Assembly: GCA_003971905.1 (NCBI GenBank)
Contig: RSEE01000017.1
Span: 558,001-622,000 of the forward strand
Direction of reading: 5' to 3'
DNA: 64,000 bases
DNA from: Moniliella sp. 'wahieum'
Taxonomy: Eukaryota
The notes under the pieces: generated by a model
Databases searched by the model: none
What the model saw: the letters and a program-made list of their open reading frames with translations, nothing else
Told to the model about the DNA's origin: nothing
Made by a program: the position numbers and the translations under genes
In this document: positions 1 to 12,247 of the stretch, one piece after another
Layout of the letters: every line of letters starts with the position of its first letter
Position numbering within the stretch: position 1 is the first letter of the stretch

Positions 1-828
1 AAGCCGACAATGTGGGACACGCTCAAAATTGTTCAAGGGATTCTAGTACCCTTCTTGGTTGGCGAGCAAGTGCTGGTTCGATCTGGCGAGCTGCAGCCTG
101 AGGATACCCTGCATCCTGATGGTGTGCAACTATGGAGCCTCCTAAGCAAACTTACTGCAATCGTCATGGATGCAAGCGGTCTTACGGAGGCCGACATGAG
201 CGAGCTGCAAGAGACGCAAAAGGCCTATGCCGAACTGCTGGAGAGGCTTCTCGTAACCGATGCGGAGGGGAGCAGCGCAGCGAGCTCTACAAAAGAATGG
301 CGTACGTACTCTTATGTGATGATTCCTCTTTACGGACCGAGCTGACCATATCGTAAACAGAATGTCCCAACACTCTCTCCTCCATCTGGTTAGACCAGAT
401 ACGATGCGTTGGTCACCTTGTCTCACCTGGCCCACTCCCATGAAAGAAGCAACGAGCGGACGGAGGAAGAGATTAGTAACGAGACCCTTCCCTTCTGGCG
501 TATCAAGCGGTCTACAAACGTGACTCGTGATCGACATGCTATCTTGGCGCAGGGACGAAACAAAACTTGGCCGCGAGGTGGACAACTGCGACGCGAGCAT
601 CCCTGGCCAGTCGGGTTCCAACTCCAACGTCAATTCACGCCTTTGGAAACAGATGGAATGCGGAACCTGATCTCCAACACGGGCGATGAACGTTCGAAGT
701 CTGTGGGGCCATGTGAGGCGAGACTTGCAGCCGACAAACGTTTGCACCTATACATTGCTATACGCCGCACCTTTGATCACTTTGAAAGTCTACTGTCCGG
801 AGCAAATTTGTGGAAGAGAACACATTGA
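1..828 (+). CDS. Fragment of an unidentified spliced protein-coding gene (5' end probably outside the window; 3' end uncertain)
   Basis: Protein-like open frame 10-301, then a canonical intron 302-360 (gtacgt...gctgac...aaacag) and further open frames to about 828. No recognisable motif. Confidence 0.35.
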
Positions 829-1661
829 AAAAATGTCCTATGTAGCACTTGGCCATGATCAATCAGGAGGGACCTGTCCCCAAGGCAAAACCAAGAGGAA
901 AATGACCTCTATCGCGCCCGAAACCCAACCTACGTTAGCGTCTTCTTTTTCCTCGCTGATCCTGAGCACCCCGAAGAGGCACAGGCAGCATGCGCTGTAC
1001 CTGACTCTGAGCCAGTGGTGGAGTCCGGTACGGTGCGCGTCCGCTTCACACCCTACCCAACTGTACTCATTCCTGTCCACCGGTTCCGGCTCCTACTCGG
1101 GTGTGTCGATCCTTTCGGCACACCAGGCGCCTATGCCAATGCGGACCACCGTCTGCCAGCCCACTTGGAGGGCAGCATCTTTGTCTATCGCGATCCGCGT
1201 CGACAGCACGTCTTTCCTGAGGCCTGAGTACCAGTAAAAAGGCACGACCTCATCGATCGTCTTCTCGTGTGTTTTTCCAATGACATCTGGCCGTCTACCA
1301 TTTACAGCACTTGTAAACGTGGATCTAGTTGCGGTTGACTGGGGCATTTGGAGATGTGTTGATCACCGGTCAGTTTGGGACTTAGGGTGATTCCAAGCGC
1401 AGAGAGTATGGCTTATGGCACGCCCGGCATCGCGTCAGTCCCCTGGGGGGTGAGCGACGGGCACTTCAATTAGGCAAATAGTTCACTGTGGTTCAACGAT
1501 GCCGCCACCAACTTCGCCTTGGCTCCGTTGATGTCTTCTGTGCGCCTGGTCGACATAGGGCACGAACGCGCCACTGCGGTATGATATAGGACCCCCTCTC
1601 TCCCCAGGCCTCATGCATCATGTCCCGTATTTGAAACAGGCCATGCGGCGCGCCCTGTCCC

Positions 1662-2811
1662 ATGGCTGACTCTGTTCCCGGCTTACAGTTCCTGCACAGC
1701 ATCCTGGATGAAGTGGACGTACGTGCATCTGCATCACACTCTTCCATCCGCTTTGGACAGACGCTGACGGCGCAGCCTTTCATTTACTTTCATTTCCTTT
1801 CTGTTCGCTCTGACAGCCACTGACTGTGCGCCCATCCGCGCCTGGTCCATACCCCGATACTAGCATTCTCAGTCGCGGCCAGGTAGCGCTCATCATTGGG
1901 CCGACGGGAACGGGCAAGCCGGCTCTGGTGGCGCACCTGCTTGCTCAGGTCTTGGTACCCCCTCGTGCGAACTCAGTGGGTGCACCGAGAAACGTCTGGA
2001 TGATGGATATGTCTGCCCGCTTCCCCATTCGCCGCGTGTGGCAGGAGACGCGGGCGCGTGTGCATGTGCATCTGCAAGCAGCGGGGGGTGGAACAGCTGC
2101 CGAGCAACTCAACCTCCAAACTGACGCGGCACTCTGTGGACTTCATTTGCTCCGTCCACGTGGATCGGTAGGCCTCCTAGCCGCACTGAGAAAGTTGCAC
2201 CAGCGCGTTGTTTCCACAGACGAGACGTTGGGTACGTTCCTCATCTCTCGTTCGGCTGACATGGATCTGCTAGATGGATCTACTAGATGGATCTGCTCCG
2301 GCAAACCAACCTGTTGCATCTACTGGACTGACCAGCCCAATCCGTGTTTCGTGCCTGGTGGCACGCTCTGCCCTGACTCCCAGACTTGCTCGTGGTAGAC
2401 CAGCTTACCTGTCCTGGCGACCCAGCCTCGACCAAGACGGCTCACATCACCGCCGAGCTGGAGAGGATACGCAAAGCGAGCGGGGCATGTGTTATCTTAG
2501 CCAACCGAGATCCGCTGACAGCGAGCCGTTCCTGGCCCTCTTTCTGGCTCTCCACCTTGCCTGTCCAGATGGAACTGAGCCTGACAGCCGTGCAAGCAGC
2601 CTGCACCAAACTAAAGCCTGCAGAGCTGGACGAAGCCACTGCGCTGGCCCAACGCGAGCAGCGTGGCACGACACGCCCAACCCAGATTCAGGGAACACTG
2701 CGCGTGCACCGACGTGCGCAAGGTTCCGTCACCACCCACCCGGTCTCGTTCGCTGTGACCCAGGACAGGATCGTGCAGCTGGACGGCCAGTGGCTTGGGG
2801 TACCAGAGTAA
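1662..2811 (+). CDS. Rad51 paralog, XRCC2/Rlp1-like RecA-fold protein
   Basis: Splicing introns 1719-1816 and 2232-2383 gives one frame: MADSVPGLQF...; Walker A-like LIIGPTGTGKP; VWMMDMSARFPIRR (D..x.RF typical of Rad51 paralogs); LHLLRPRGSVGLLAAL; Walker B DLLVVD formed across the second junction; TAA at 2809-2811. Confidence 0.7.
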
Positions 2812-3659
2812 GCCGTGCGGAGCGCGGAGCGGGCGGTGGGACTAGGTCGAAGCATGGCTGCCCCCCCCCCCCGGCCCAGCAGAAATTGATCCGCGGAGGC
2901 TGAGGAGTAGTGAGTACTCAGACTGCGTAGTGAGTGAGATTCAGATCGATCAGACCCTCAGGGCCTCAGACGGGCTGGCGGGCCGATTGCGCGGTTGATT
3001 AATGGTTGAGGATGGCCGATGGGCGATGAGATGGCGGATGGATGATGGATGATATCGGGCGATGGCTCGACCATCGGCAGCGCAGACTGCGGTCTGGTGC
3101 GGTGCTCCAGCCGCTGGTCCAATGCAGCGACGCACAGATCAGCCCGGCCTCGTCCCAACACTGGCCCCGTGCAGCGACCAGTCACGTGTTCGGCCGTGGA
3201 ATGGGCAGCGTGCGTTGCCTGGATCGCAGACGTGGGGAGGGGGAGGCATCCCGTGCCATCTCCCTTCCACCACCCCCTCCATGGCCAGCCCCCCCGCTGC
3301 CCCCTCCACCCCCTCTGGCCACGCCCCTCCGCTCCGGGCGGCCTGGCCATCGACCTCCCTCCCCCTGACGTGGCTGCCATCGCGCCCCACGCCTTCCTGC
3401 CCACCACCCCCAGCGGCTACCCGCAGCACCGCACCAAGCATGCCGCCGCCACTCCCAGGCCCTCCAGTCCCGCCGTCCCACCCACACCCCGCGCGGCTCC
3501 TTCTACACACGGAACCACCACATTCTAGCCGAGCGCGAGCGCGACGCTACTCTCTCCCCCACGGCCCGCTCCCGCAGCCAAAGCCAAAGCGCGACCGGGG
3601 GAAGTCGTACCCGTGATGCCAGTGCGCACGACTTTGAGTACGTTGCCGAGCCTTCCACC

Positions 3660-6600
3660 ATGGACGAGGTCGCGTCCATCTCCTCCATCCCGACCGATAC
3701 TACCTTCGATAGGGCTCCCCCAAGCGCACCTACGATCAACACTGATCCTTTTACCACGGTAGCTGCCACGGCCGCTGCCACGGCCGCTGCGCGCCGCCCC
3801 TCGGCCTACCTCCCTTCCGATCTGCCTTGGGCATCAAAGGAGAACACTCGGCTTCTCGAAGATGGACGAAAGGAACGGTACTGGAAGCGATGGGGACCGT
3901 ACGTGAGTGAGCGTCAATGGGTACGTTCCTCTCCTTTGGCTGTGATGGCATTCCCTTGCTTTTGCACAGGGCTCTAGGTTGACTGGCGTCTCATTTGCTT
4001 GTACAGGGAACGGTGCGCGAAGACTATTCGGCCAATGGCGATGCTTGGTCTCACTTTCCCCATGAGATGGCCCGCTCGCGGGCTTATCGCTGGGGAGAAG
4101 ATGGCCTAGCTGGCATCTCGGACAGTCACTGTCGTCTGGCCTTCTCCCTGGCCCTGTGGAATGGAAAAGATTCTATTTTGAAGGAACGCTTGTTTGGTAT
4201 TCCCAACCCGCAGGGTAACCACGGTGAAGACGTTAAAGAACTGTACTGGTACGCTGACAACACGCCGACCCACTCGTACCAAAAGTACATCTACAAGTAT
4301 CCCCAAACGCCGTACCCCTACGAGCAGCTTGTTCGCGAATCCACCAACCGCAACCGGGACGTGAACGAGTTTGAAATCACCGACACGGACATTTTTGATG
4401 AGGGTCGGTACTGGGATGTGATCATCGAATATGCCAAGGACGAGGATGAGGAAAATGCGACCTCCATCCGCATCTCTGCCTTCAATCGCAGTTCCGAGCC
4501 GGCGGATTTGCACTTGATACCTCAACTCTTATTCCGCAACACGTGGAGTTGGGACGAGGGCAAGTCGGCCAAGCCTTCGCTGCAGCTTGTGGATGACTAC
4601 GTCGTCCAGGCAGACCACGATGATTTGGGACGGTATTTTTGTACTGCTCCACCTCCCCTTCCCCGAGCTTGCCCGTCGCGCGTGGCAGTACCCAAGTGGA
4701 GCTGGTTTCGGACGGGGAGGTAGTACCTGAGATGCTCTTTACGGAGAATGAGACCAACTTTGAGCGCCTCTATGGCGGGACGAATGCCAACACGTTCGCC
4801 AAAGATGCGTTCCACGACCATATCATCTTTGAACATCGTCTTGCCAAGGATAAGCCGGCGCCTACGCGAGACACTCGCACAGTGAAAAAGCGCGTGCCCA
4901 AGATGGTCTCCAAGCCGTTCACAGTGCTCAAACCCAAGTCGGTGCCAGCGTCGGCTCATGAGGTTGAGGATGACGGAACCAAAACGGTAACTCCTTCCAC
5001 GCCTCAGAGTTCTCCCCCGAGTTGGTTGAGGCGGACGAAGCGACCGAGTACGATGAAGTGACAGAGTATGTGTCCCTTGAGGAGATGGTCGAAGTCGAAG
5101 AAGAAGAGGAATACTTTGTTCAAACCACGGAGCGGATGAGGGACTATGTCAACCCAGCCAACGTTGGCACCAAAGCGGGGGCACACTATGTCTTCCATTC
5201 CGTCCCCCCCAATGGCGGTTGTGCGGTGGTGCGACTCAAGTTGACGCCTAAGACACCTACCGATGACCCAACTATTGACGACGACGATGCATTTGATCAA
5301 GTTTTGGAGGACCGTCGTGCGAAGCGGACGAGTTTTACTCCCGTCTCGAAATGGGCGCGGCAAGCGACGACATGCGACAGGTGATGCGGCAGGCGTTGGC
5401 AGGCATGTTGTGGAACAAGCAGTTCTACCAGTTCATCCAGAGCGAATGGATCAAGGGCGATCCGGCCCAGCCGCCTCCTCCTCCTGAACGCAAACGCGTT
5501 CGTAACCGCGAGTGGCGCCATCTGTATGCGCATGACATCCTCTCCATGCCCGATAAGTGGGAGTACCCTTTCTTTGCCGTGTGGGACACTGCATTCCACT
5601 GCATCCCGCTCGCTATGATCGATCCTGCCTTTGCCAAAAAACAGCTCGACCTCTTCACCCGCGAATGGTACATGAAGCCCGACGGTGCGTTGCCGGCTTA
5701 CGAATGGTCCTTCTCTGATGTCAATCCGCCCGTGCACGCGTGGGCTACGTTCCGTGTGTTCAAGCTGGAGCGGAAACTTCATGGGCACGAGGACTTGGCC
5801 TTCTTGGAACGTGTGTTCCAGAAACTGTTGCTCAACTTTACATGGTGGACGTACGTACTTGCCTCCCCCTTCCCCTCTTGCCCCGCTGAATTGGCTCTCG
5901 AGCCACCGAGCGAGAGGATATTGTTGCTGACCTACATTTGCCTGGCAGGAACCGCAAAGATGCATCGGGATCGGGTGTGTTTGAGGGGGGATTCCTTGGT
6001 CTGGACAACATTGGTCCCTTTAATCGTTCGGAGCCGCTGCCCAATGGCGGCAAGTTGCGCCAAGCCGATGGGACGGCGTGGATGGCGTTTTATGCACTTA
6101 CGATGCTCAGCATGGCGCTCGAATTGGCCAAGCACAATCCCACCTACGAGGACATTGCCAGCAAGTTCTTTGAGCACTTTATCTACATCTCGGACGCCAT
6201 GACGTACCGCAACGCGGACGATGAGGAGGACGTGTCGCTGTGGTCGAGGAGGATAAGTTTTACTACGATGCCATCTCGTGGGGCAACGGGGTGTCGCAGC
6301 TTATCCCGCTGCGGCGCTGGTCGGGCTCATGCCACTGTATGCTACCTTGACGATTGAGCCTGTTATCCTGAAACGGTTCCCCTCCTTTGCGCGGCGCATG
6401 CAGTGGTTCCTTGACAACCGCAGCGATTTGGCCCAACGCAACATTGCCAACATGTCCACCGCCGGTAAGGGCGACCGTCGTCTGTTGGCCATGGTCAACC
6501 GCGAGCGACTGGAACACATCCTGCGCCGCATGTTGGACGAATCGGAGTTCCTATCGGACTATGGCATTCGCTCTTTGTCTAAGTACCACCAAGACCACCC

Positions 6601-7213
6601 TTTTACCACGACGATTGATGGACAAGAGTTCTCCGCTGGCTATTGGCCCGGCGACTCGCACTCGGGCATGTTTGGCGGTAACTCCAATTGGCGCGGACCG
6701 ATCTGGTTGGCAGTCAACTTTCTCCTGATTGAGAGTCTACAGCGGTTCTACCAGTACTACGGCGACACGTTCCAGATTGAGTTCCCGACTGGTTCGGGGG
6801 AAATGGCGACCCTAGGCGAAGTAGCGAGCGAACTACAAGAACGGTTGATCTCGCTGTTCTTGCGTGACCCTACTGGTCGTCGACCCGCGAACGGCGGTGT
6901 ACCTTTCTTGGACTACACGTGCCGCGACCTAGTCCTGTTCCATGAATTCTTCCATGGCGACTCGGGCAAGGGGTTGGGCGCGTCCCACCAAACAGGTTGG
7001 ACGGGTCTCGTGGCCTTCTCCATCTTTGCCGCTGCTCAGGTCGATACTCTCCCCCGCACCCCGCGCACTCCACGCTCCACCGCCGCACATTACTTTGATG
7101 ATCACTTTGCCGACTTGGAGTCCCACGCTGAATCTCAAGCTTCTACCCCGGCCTCCCGCTCCCGCCGCGCTTCCGTCTGCTACAGCCGCGCCCCGAGCCC
7201 GGACGAGCTGTGA
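3660..7213 (+). CDS. Glycoside hydrolase family 63-like protein (yeast YMR196W family)
   Basis: Motifs [95 protein letters not shown]. Introns 3921-4006 and 5851-5948; several indel frameshifts. Confidence 0.92.
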
Positions 7214-8854
7214 GATGCCAAATGCGAAATGCGGAATGCGAAATGCGAAATGGCATGTGCGGGATGGGCTCTGCGAGAGGCGAGCGGCAAGACGCAAGGT
7301 GCAAGGTGCACATGACATGGAAGGCTGCTCCACTCTGTGCCGCGAAACTACACCCAGCAGCGACAACCAACAGCCACAGTGACAACGGCGGTGACAACGA
7401 CAGACTGTGCATGATGTTCATGCGTAACGCGTAACCGGTAACTGCCAATGAATCTTGTTCTCTTCTTTGGGGCTGGCAGCTGGCAGCTGGCACGGCCCCT
7501 AGTCTGTCTGTTTGTCGGCGTCTTTTGCCTCCTGTTCTGGGCTCGTAAATCATGAATCGTGGACATAATGTGATAATGTGATATGTGACTCCAAAGGGGA
7601 CGAAAGCTACGTAACACGTAACGCGTAAGTTGGACATGGGGGTAACCGGTTAGTAACCGGTAACTGGTAACGAGGCCAATGATAAATGATGAATGATGGA
7701 GTTGCCTACGACGGTGGCAGAGGACTTGCAGCTGGTGGGGGCTGGGCACGGGGTCGTTGCGGCGGAGGAGGGGATCGCTGCCGGCGGGATGCTGCGGAAG
7801 CCCCCCGCCGCGCCAGAACCACCGGGCACCAGCCAGCGCACACAGCGCACACAGCGCACACAGCGCCCCTGCCGGGCCGCTGCGCTCGGCCTCGCGTCTG
7901 CATCTCACATCTCACATCTCACGCCTCCCTCCCCCCGCGCTGGAAGCTGGAGCCGCGGTGGGGGCTGCGCCGGGTGCGTGCTGGTGCTGGGGCACGACGC
8001 CCGCCTTCGTCACCGTGTCACCATCGTCCACCATGCATCATGATGGTCGTGCAAGCATTCTGCATTGCGCATGTCAGGGCCCACGCACAGCGCCAGTGTG
8101 TGGCTATACCGCTCAGAAGTGTCGCACCGGCGGTTGCCTGCCCGCCGGGAGCGCGGATAAGCGTGCCCGCACCGGTGGTTGGGTGCACGTGCAAACTCTG
8201 CGCAAGCAGGCTGAGCGGCTGAGCACTGGCTGAGCGCTGAGCGGCTGAGCGCTGCAGCGCCTAGCAATCACCGAGGCACGGGGCCTGTGTGCGGGCAGCG
8301 CGCGCGGTGGAGATTAGCCGCGATGACGTCGTTGTGTGCGGCAGCTGGGCGGGCCCACGGGATGCGGCAGCGGCCCCATGCGGCGGCGCGGGGGGGCGGC
8401 ACAGCGCGGCACGGGGGCGGCGCCCGCTGGGGGCAGCGGCGGCCCCCGGCGGCTCCCGGTGCGGTTAAGCTCTGGGGGGGCTGGTGTGGCAGGCCCCACC
8501 ACTCGTCCCGTGCCTGCTGCGGCGCTCGCTTTTGTTGACGGATGGAGTGTCTGTGGGCTCTTGCATCGTCGCAGGCGCTGGGCCTGCTTCCATGCCCGAT
8601 GCCGAGGCACTGCCTGTGCCCGCCTCGGCATCACCCACCCCGCCACAGCCACCGGCGCTCGGCCCCACCGGCGGCCTTACCCCCGCTTCTGTGCGGCCTT
8701 CTTTCGGGTGTGCTGCTCCCCTGCGTCTGTCGGCTCCCATCGCCCTCGCCGCCGCCTCGGCCCCAGCAGCCCAGTCTCACGTCGGCTGCCGTCTGTCTTT
8801 TTTCCAGCTTGCATTTTGCAGCTTACAGCTTTGTGCGGAGCCTGCCCAAAACAC

Positions 8855-8860
8855 TTATAA
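8855..8860 (+). promoter_or_regulatory. Putative TATA box of the ALDH gene
   Basis: TTATAA in an otherwise very GC-rich stretch about 60 nt upstream of the ATG at 8918. Confidence 0.4.
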
Positions 8861-8917
8861 CCCCCGCCCCCGCTCTCCCCCCTCCCCGTCTCCATCCCCC
8901 CACCAGCCCCCCCCCCC

Positions 8918-10767
8918 ATGCGCTCCGCCGTGCTCCAACAGCCTCTCCGCGCCTCCCTCCGCACCTCCACCCCGGCGGTCGTCCGCGCCAGCGTGCGTGC
9001 CAGCCTGCCTCGCTCCTCGGCCCTCGTCGCTCGCGGCTTGCACCGCACCGCCGCCCTCGCGTCGCCTGCGGCTGCCGTAGCGCCGGCCGGGGTGCCTGCC
9101 CTGGCCACCCGCGCCTACTCCACCTCCAACCCTCTGCCCCAAGTTCACCTCCAGTTCCCCAACGGGCAACGCAGCAGCTTCAATGGCGGTCTGTACATTG
9201 AGTACGTTTATTGTTCCCGTTCGCTGATGGCTGTGCTTTCACCCTAGGGGCGCTGTCGCGCTCGTGGGCAGGATGCTGACCTGGGTCGTACTTTTGCTTG
9301 TGTGTGGGGTAGTGGTGAGTGGGTGCCGTCGATGACGGGGGAAACGCTGCAAGTGTTCAACCCGGCCACGACCGAGCAGATTGCCGAGATTTCCCAGGGC
9401 GACGCACACGATGTCGACTTGGCGGTGCAGGCGGCCCGACGCGCATTCAAGACTACCTGGGGTCTGCACACCACGGGACCCCAGCGTGCCGTCCTGCTCA
9501 ACAAGCTCGCCCGTCTGATCGAGGACAACTTCGATGAGCTGGCAGCGATCGAAGCGCTGGACAATGGCAAACCAGTCGAGATTGCCAAGGCGTTCGATGT
9601 GGCGCAACTGCTCGAGGCTATCCGCTACTTTGCCGGCTGGGCCGACAAACATTCGGGCCAAGTCTTGTCGGGAGAAAACCCGCATTTGTTCCAGTACACG
9701 CGCTTGGAACCGATTGGCGTGTGTGCCGCGATCGTGCCGTGGAATTACCCTCTGATGTTGACCGCGTGGAAGTTGGGCCCGGCCTTGGCTACGGGCAACA
9801 CGATCGTGCTCAAGTCGGCGGAAAACACTCCCTTGTCGGCATTGAAACTGTTTGAGTTGATTGACCAAGCGGGCTTCCCCAAGGGCGTCGTGAACCTCGT
9901 CACGGGCCTCGGCACGGGCGCAGGTAACGCCATGGCCGAACACCACGATATTGACAAGATCTCCTTCACGGGTTCGACGCGGGTCGGACGCGTGGTGATG
10001 AAGGCCGCGGCCAACACTAACTTGAAGAAGGTCACACTCGAATTGGGTGGCAAGTCACCTTCGGTCGTCTTGGACGACGCTGACTTGGAACAGGCCGTGT
10101 CGTGGTGCACCATGGGCGTCAACTTCAACATGGGCCAAACGTGCTGCGCTGGCACGCGGATTTACGTCCACGAAAAGATCTACGAACCGTTCTTGGCTGG
10201 CTTGAAGGCCAAGTTTGAATCCCTCAAGGTCGGCGACCCATTCGAAAAGGGTACCTACCTCGGCCCGCAGATTTCCAAGGCACAGTATGACCGTATCATG
10301 CACTTTATCGAGGTGGGCAAGACCGAGGGCACCCTCGTCACGGGCGGCAAAACGTTGACTGAGGACAGGTACTACGGCCAAGGCAAGCCTGTTGGATGGT
10401 TCGTCGAGCCCACCATCTTTGCCGATTGCGCTGAAGACTCGGTGATCAGCCGCGAAGAAATCTTTGGCCCTGTGGTGGTCGTGCACAAGTTCAAAGACCA
10501 TGACGAGCTGCTGCACAAGGCCAACGATTCCATGTACGGTTTGGCGGCCGGTGTCTTCTCGCGCGACATTTCCAAGGCGCTCAAGACGGCACATGCGCTC
10601 CAGGCCGGTTCGGTATGGGTCAACACGTACAATGCGCTTTCGGCCCAGGTACCATTCGGCGGATACAAAGCGTCCGGTATTGGTCGTGAAAACGCTAGTT
10701 ACGCCCTGGGAACTACGTCCAAGTTAAGGCCGTGTCGGTCAACATTGATGCGCCTAACCCGCTTTGA
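8918..10767 (+). CDS. Aldehyde dehydrogenase (ALDH1/2 family), probably mitochondrial
   Basis: Arg/Ser/Ala-rich presequence-like N-terminus; intron 9202-9312; IVPWNYPL, FTGST, catalytic LELGGKSP and FNMGQTCCAG, EEIFGPV, PFGGYKASGIGRE. One frameshift near 10709; likely true end NYVQVKAVSVNIDAPNPL* at 10767. Confidence 0.95.
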
Positions 10768-12247
10768 GGTCCCCAGCTCTTCACAGCTATGATCTAATAT
10801 CCAATTCAGGCACATTCGTTACCCTTATTGCTTGGTGGTTTTGTGGTGTGTGTGTCCCTCACGTAAATGCTTTTGACTTCGCTCCGCGCTCATAAAGCTG
10901 CAATATAACAAGAAGGCCGAAGGCACACACCATTCTAGGTATAGGCTGAATTACTACCATCGGCAGCCAAAGCAAGTTGTTTGTTCACGCCTTGTGTGCA
11001 TAGTGGCTGGTGGCTCCGTTTTGCTCCGCTCCAATTCCTCATGCAGCGTACGCTTCATCGATCCGTAACGCGTAACGCGCAAAAATGCATAGTGCCTAGT
11101 GCGCCACCTCTCAAATCTCACATCTCTCATCTCTCATACCTGTCACAATAACGTCCCACCTCTCAGATCTCAGATCTCATACCGGCTAGAACTCCACCAG
11201 CCCTAGGGGCCTAGGCCAGCCTGTACCGGTTACCGCTTAGGCTAAGCTTAGCGCCGACTATCCCACCTCGGCTGCGGAGAGTTGCGCGTCCCCTGTTGCG
11301 GAAAATGTGGGTACCCAGGTTGGGGATCGACACTGGTACTGTTGAACGTTTGCACGTACTGACCGATGAGGATCACCGTTCGCCACGGATCATCGACCGT
11401 GTGTTCACAGTCCCTCTATAGTCCCTGGGGCTTCTTCACTCTCAGTGTGACATGTTACGCGTTACGCGTTATTACGCGTTCCGGGTTACCCCGGTTACCG
11501 ATTGCCGGTTGGTTTAGTGCCCCCACTTTAAGCTTTACTAGTGAAGCTAGTGAGGTTGCGGAAAATGTGGGCAATGTGTCGAGCGAAACTAATGAGAACA
11601 AGCTGCAACAGGCATATGTGTTGCACACTGTTGGCAGTCGCAGTTTTGTTCCTGGAATAGTAGGATCAAGCGATCAAGTCTCTGCTCCCTTTTGTGCCGC
11701 CCACCGCATCCCGACGGCGTTCCGGACGTGCCCTCTACCACACCGTACCCTATTGTCCTCTACCGCAATCGATAAGCGATAATCGATAATCGGGAACCGG
11801 GAACCACTCCGCAGCCCTTTCTCTTGTTGTGCCTGTGATCTGCGGCAAACTCCGCCAGTAGGCCTGGCCACCGCACCAATAGCGATCATCTCGATCATCC
11901 CTCTCCCCCCGCCCCATCAACGCGTCCCGCTCCCCCTCCCCCTCGAAAGCTTTTCTTCGCGCTCCCATTGGGCTCGCTCACCCCACACAGTGAGCGGTGC
12001 CATTTGCGGCTACTGGCCGCACCACCATTCTCCGGCCCCGTCATCGCCATCTCTCCGTTGTCCTTCCGCCGCTTCACAGCTACTACAACTGCACCCATCA
12101 AACAAAGAACCTGCTTAAAGTCGGGCCCCGTTTCCACTTTTCCGCTTTTCTCTCTCCCACCACCCTCATCATCGTCATCACTGGCGAGCAACCCCCCCTC
12201 AACACCTTCAGCCCCAACTATCCTGTCTACATTTCCGTACGGCCGCA

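Noticed and set aside
1200..1255. Walker A-like TGTQASGKT on the minus strand
   Set aside because: Sits in a very short frame and needs a frameshift to extend; no other P-loop motifs found. Could be rechecked after polishing.
7214..7672. Short repeats as a CRISPR array or telomere remnant
   Set aside because: Units are 7 nt, vary in sequence, have no unique spacers and are not TTAGGG-like; the context is eukaryotic.
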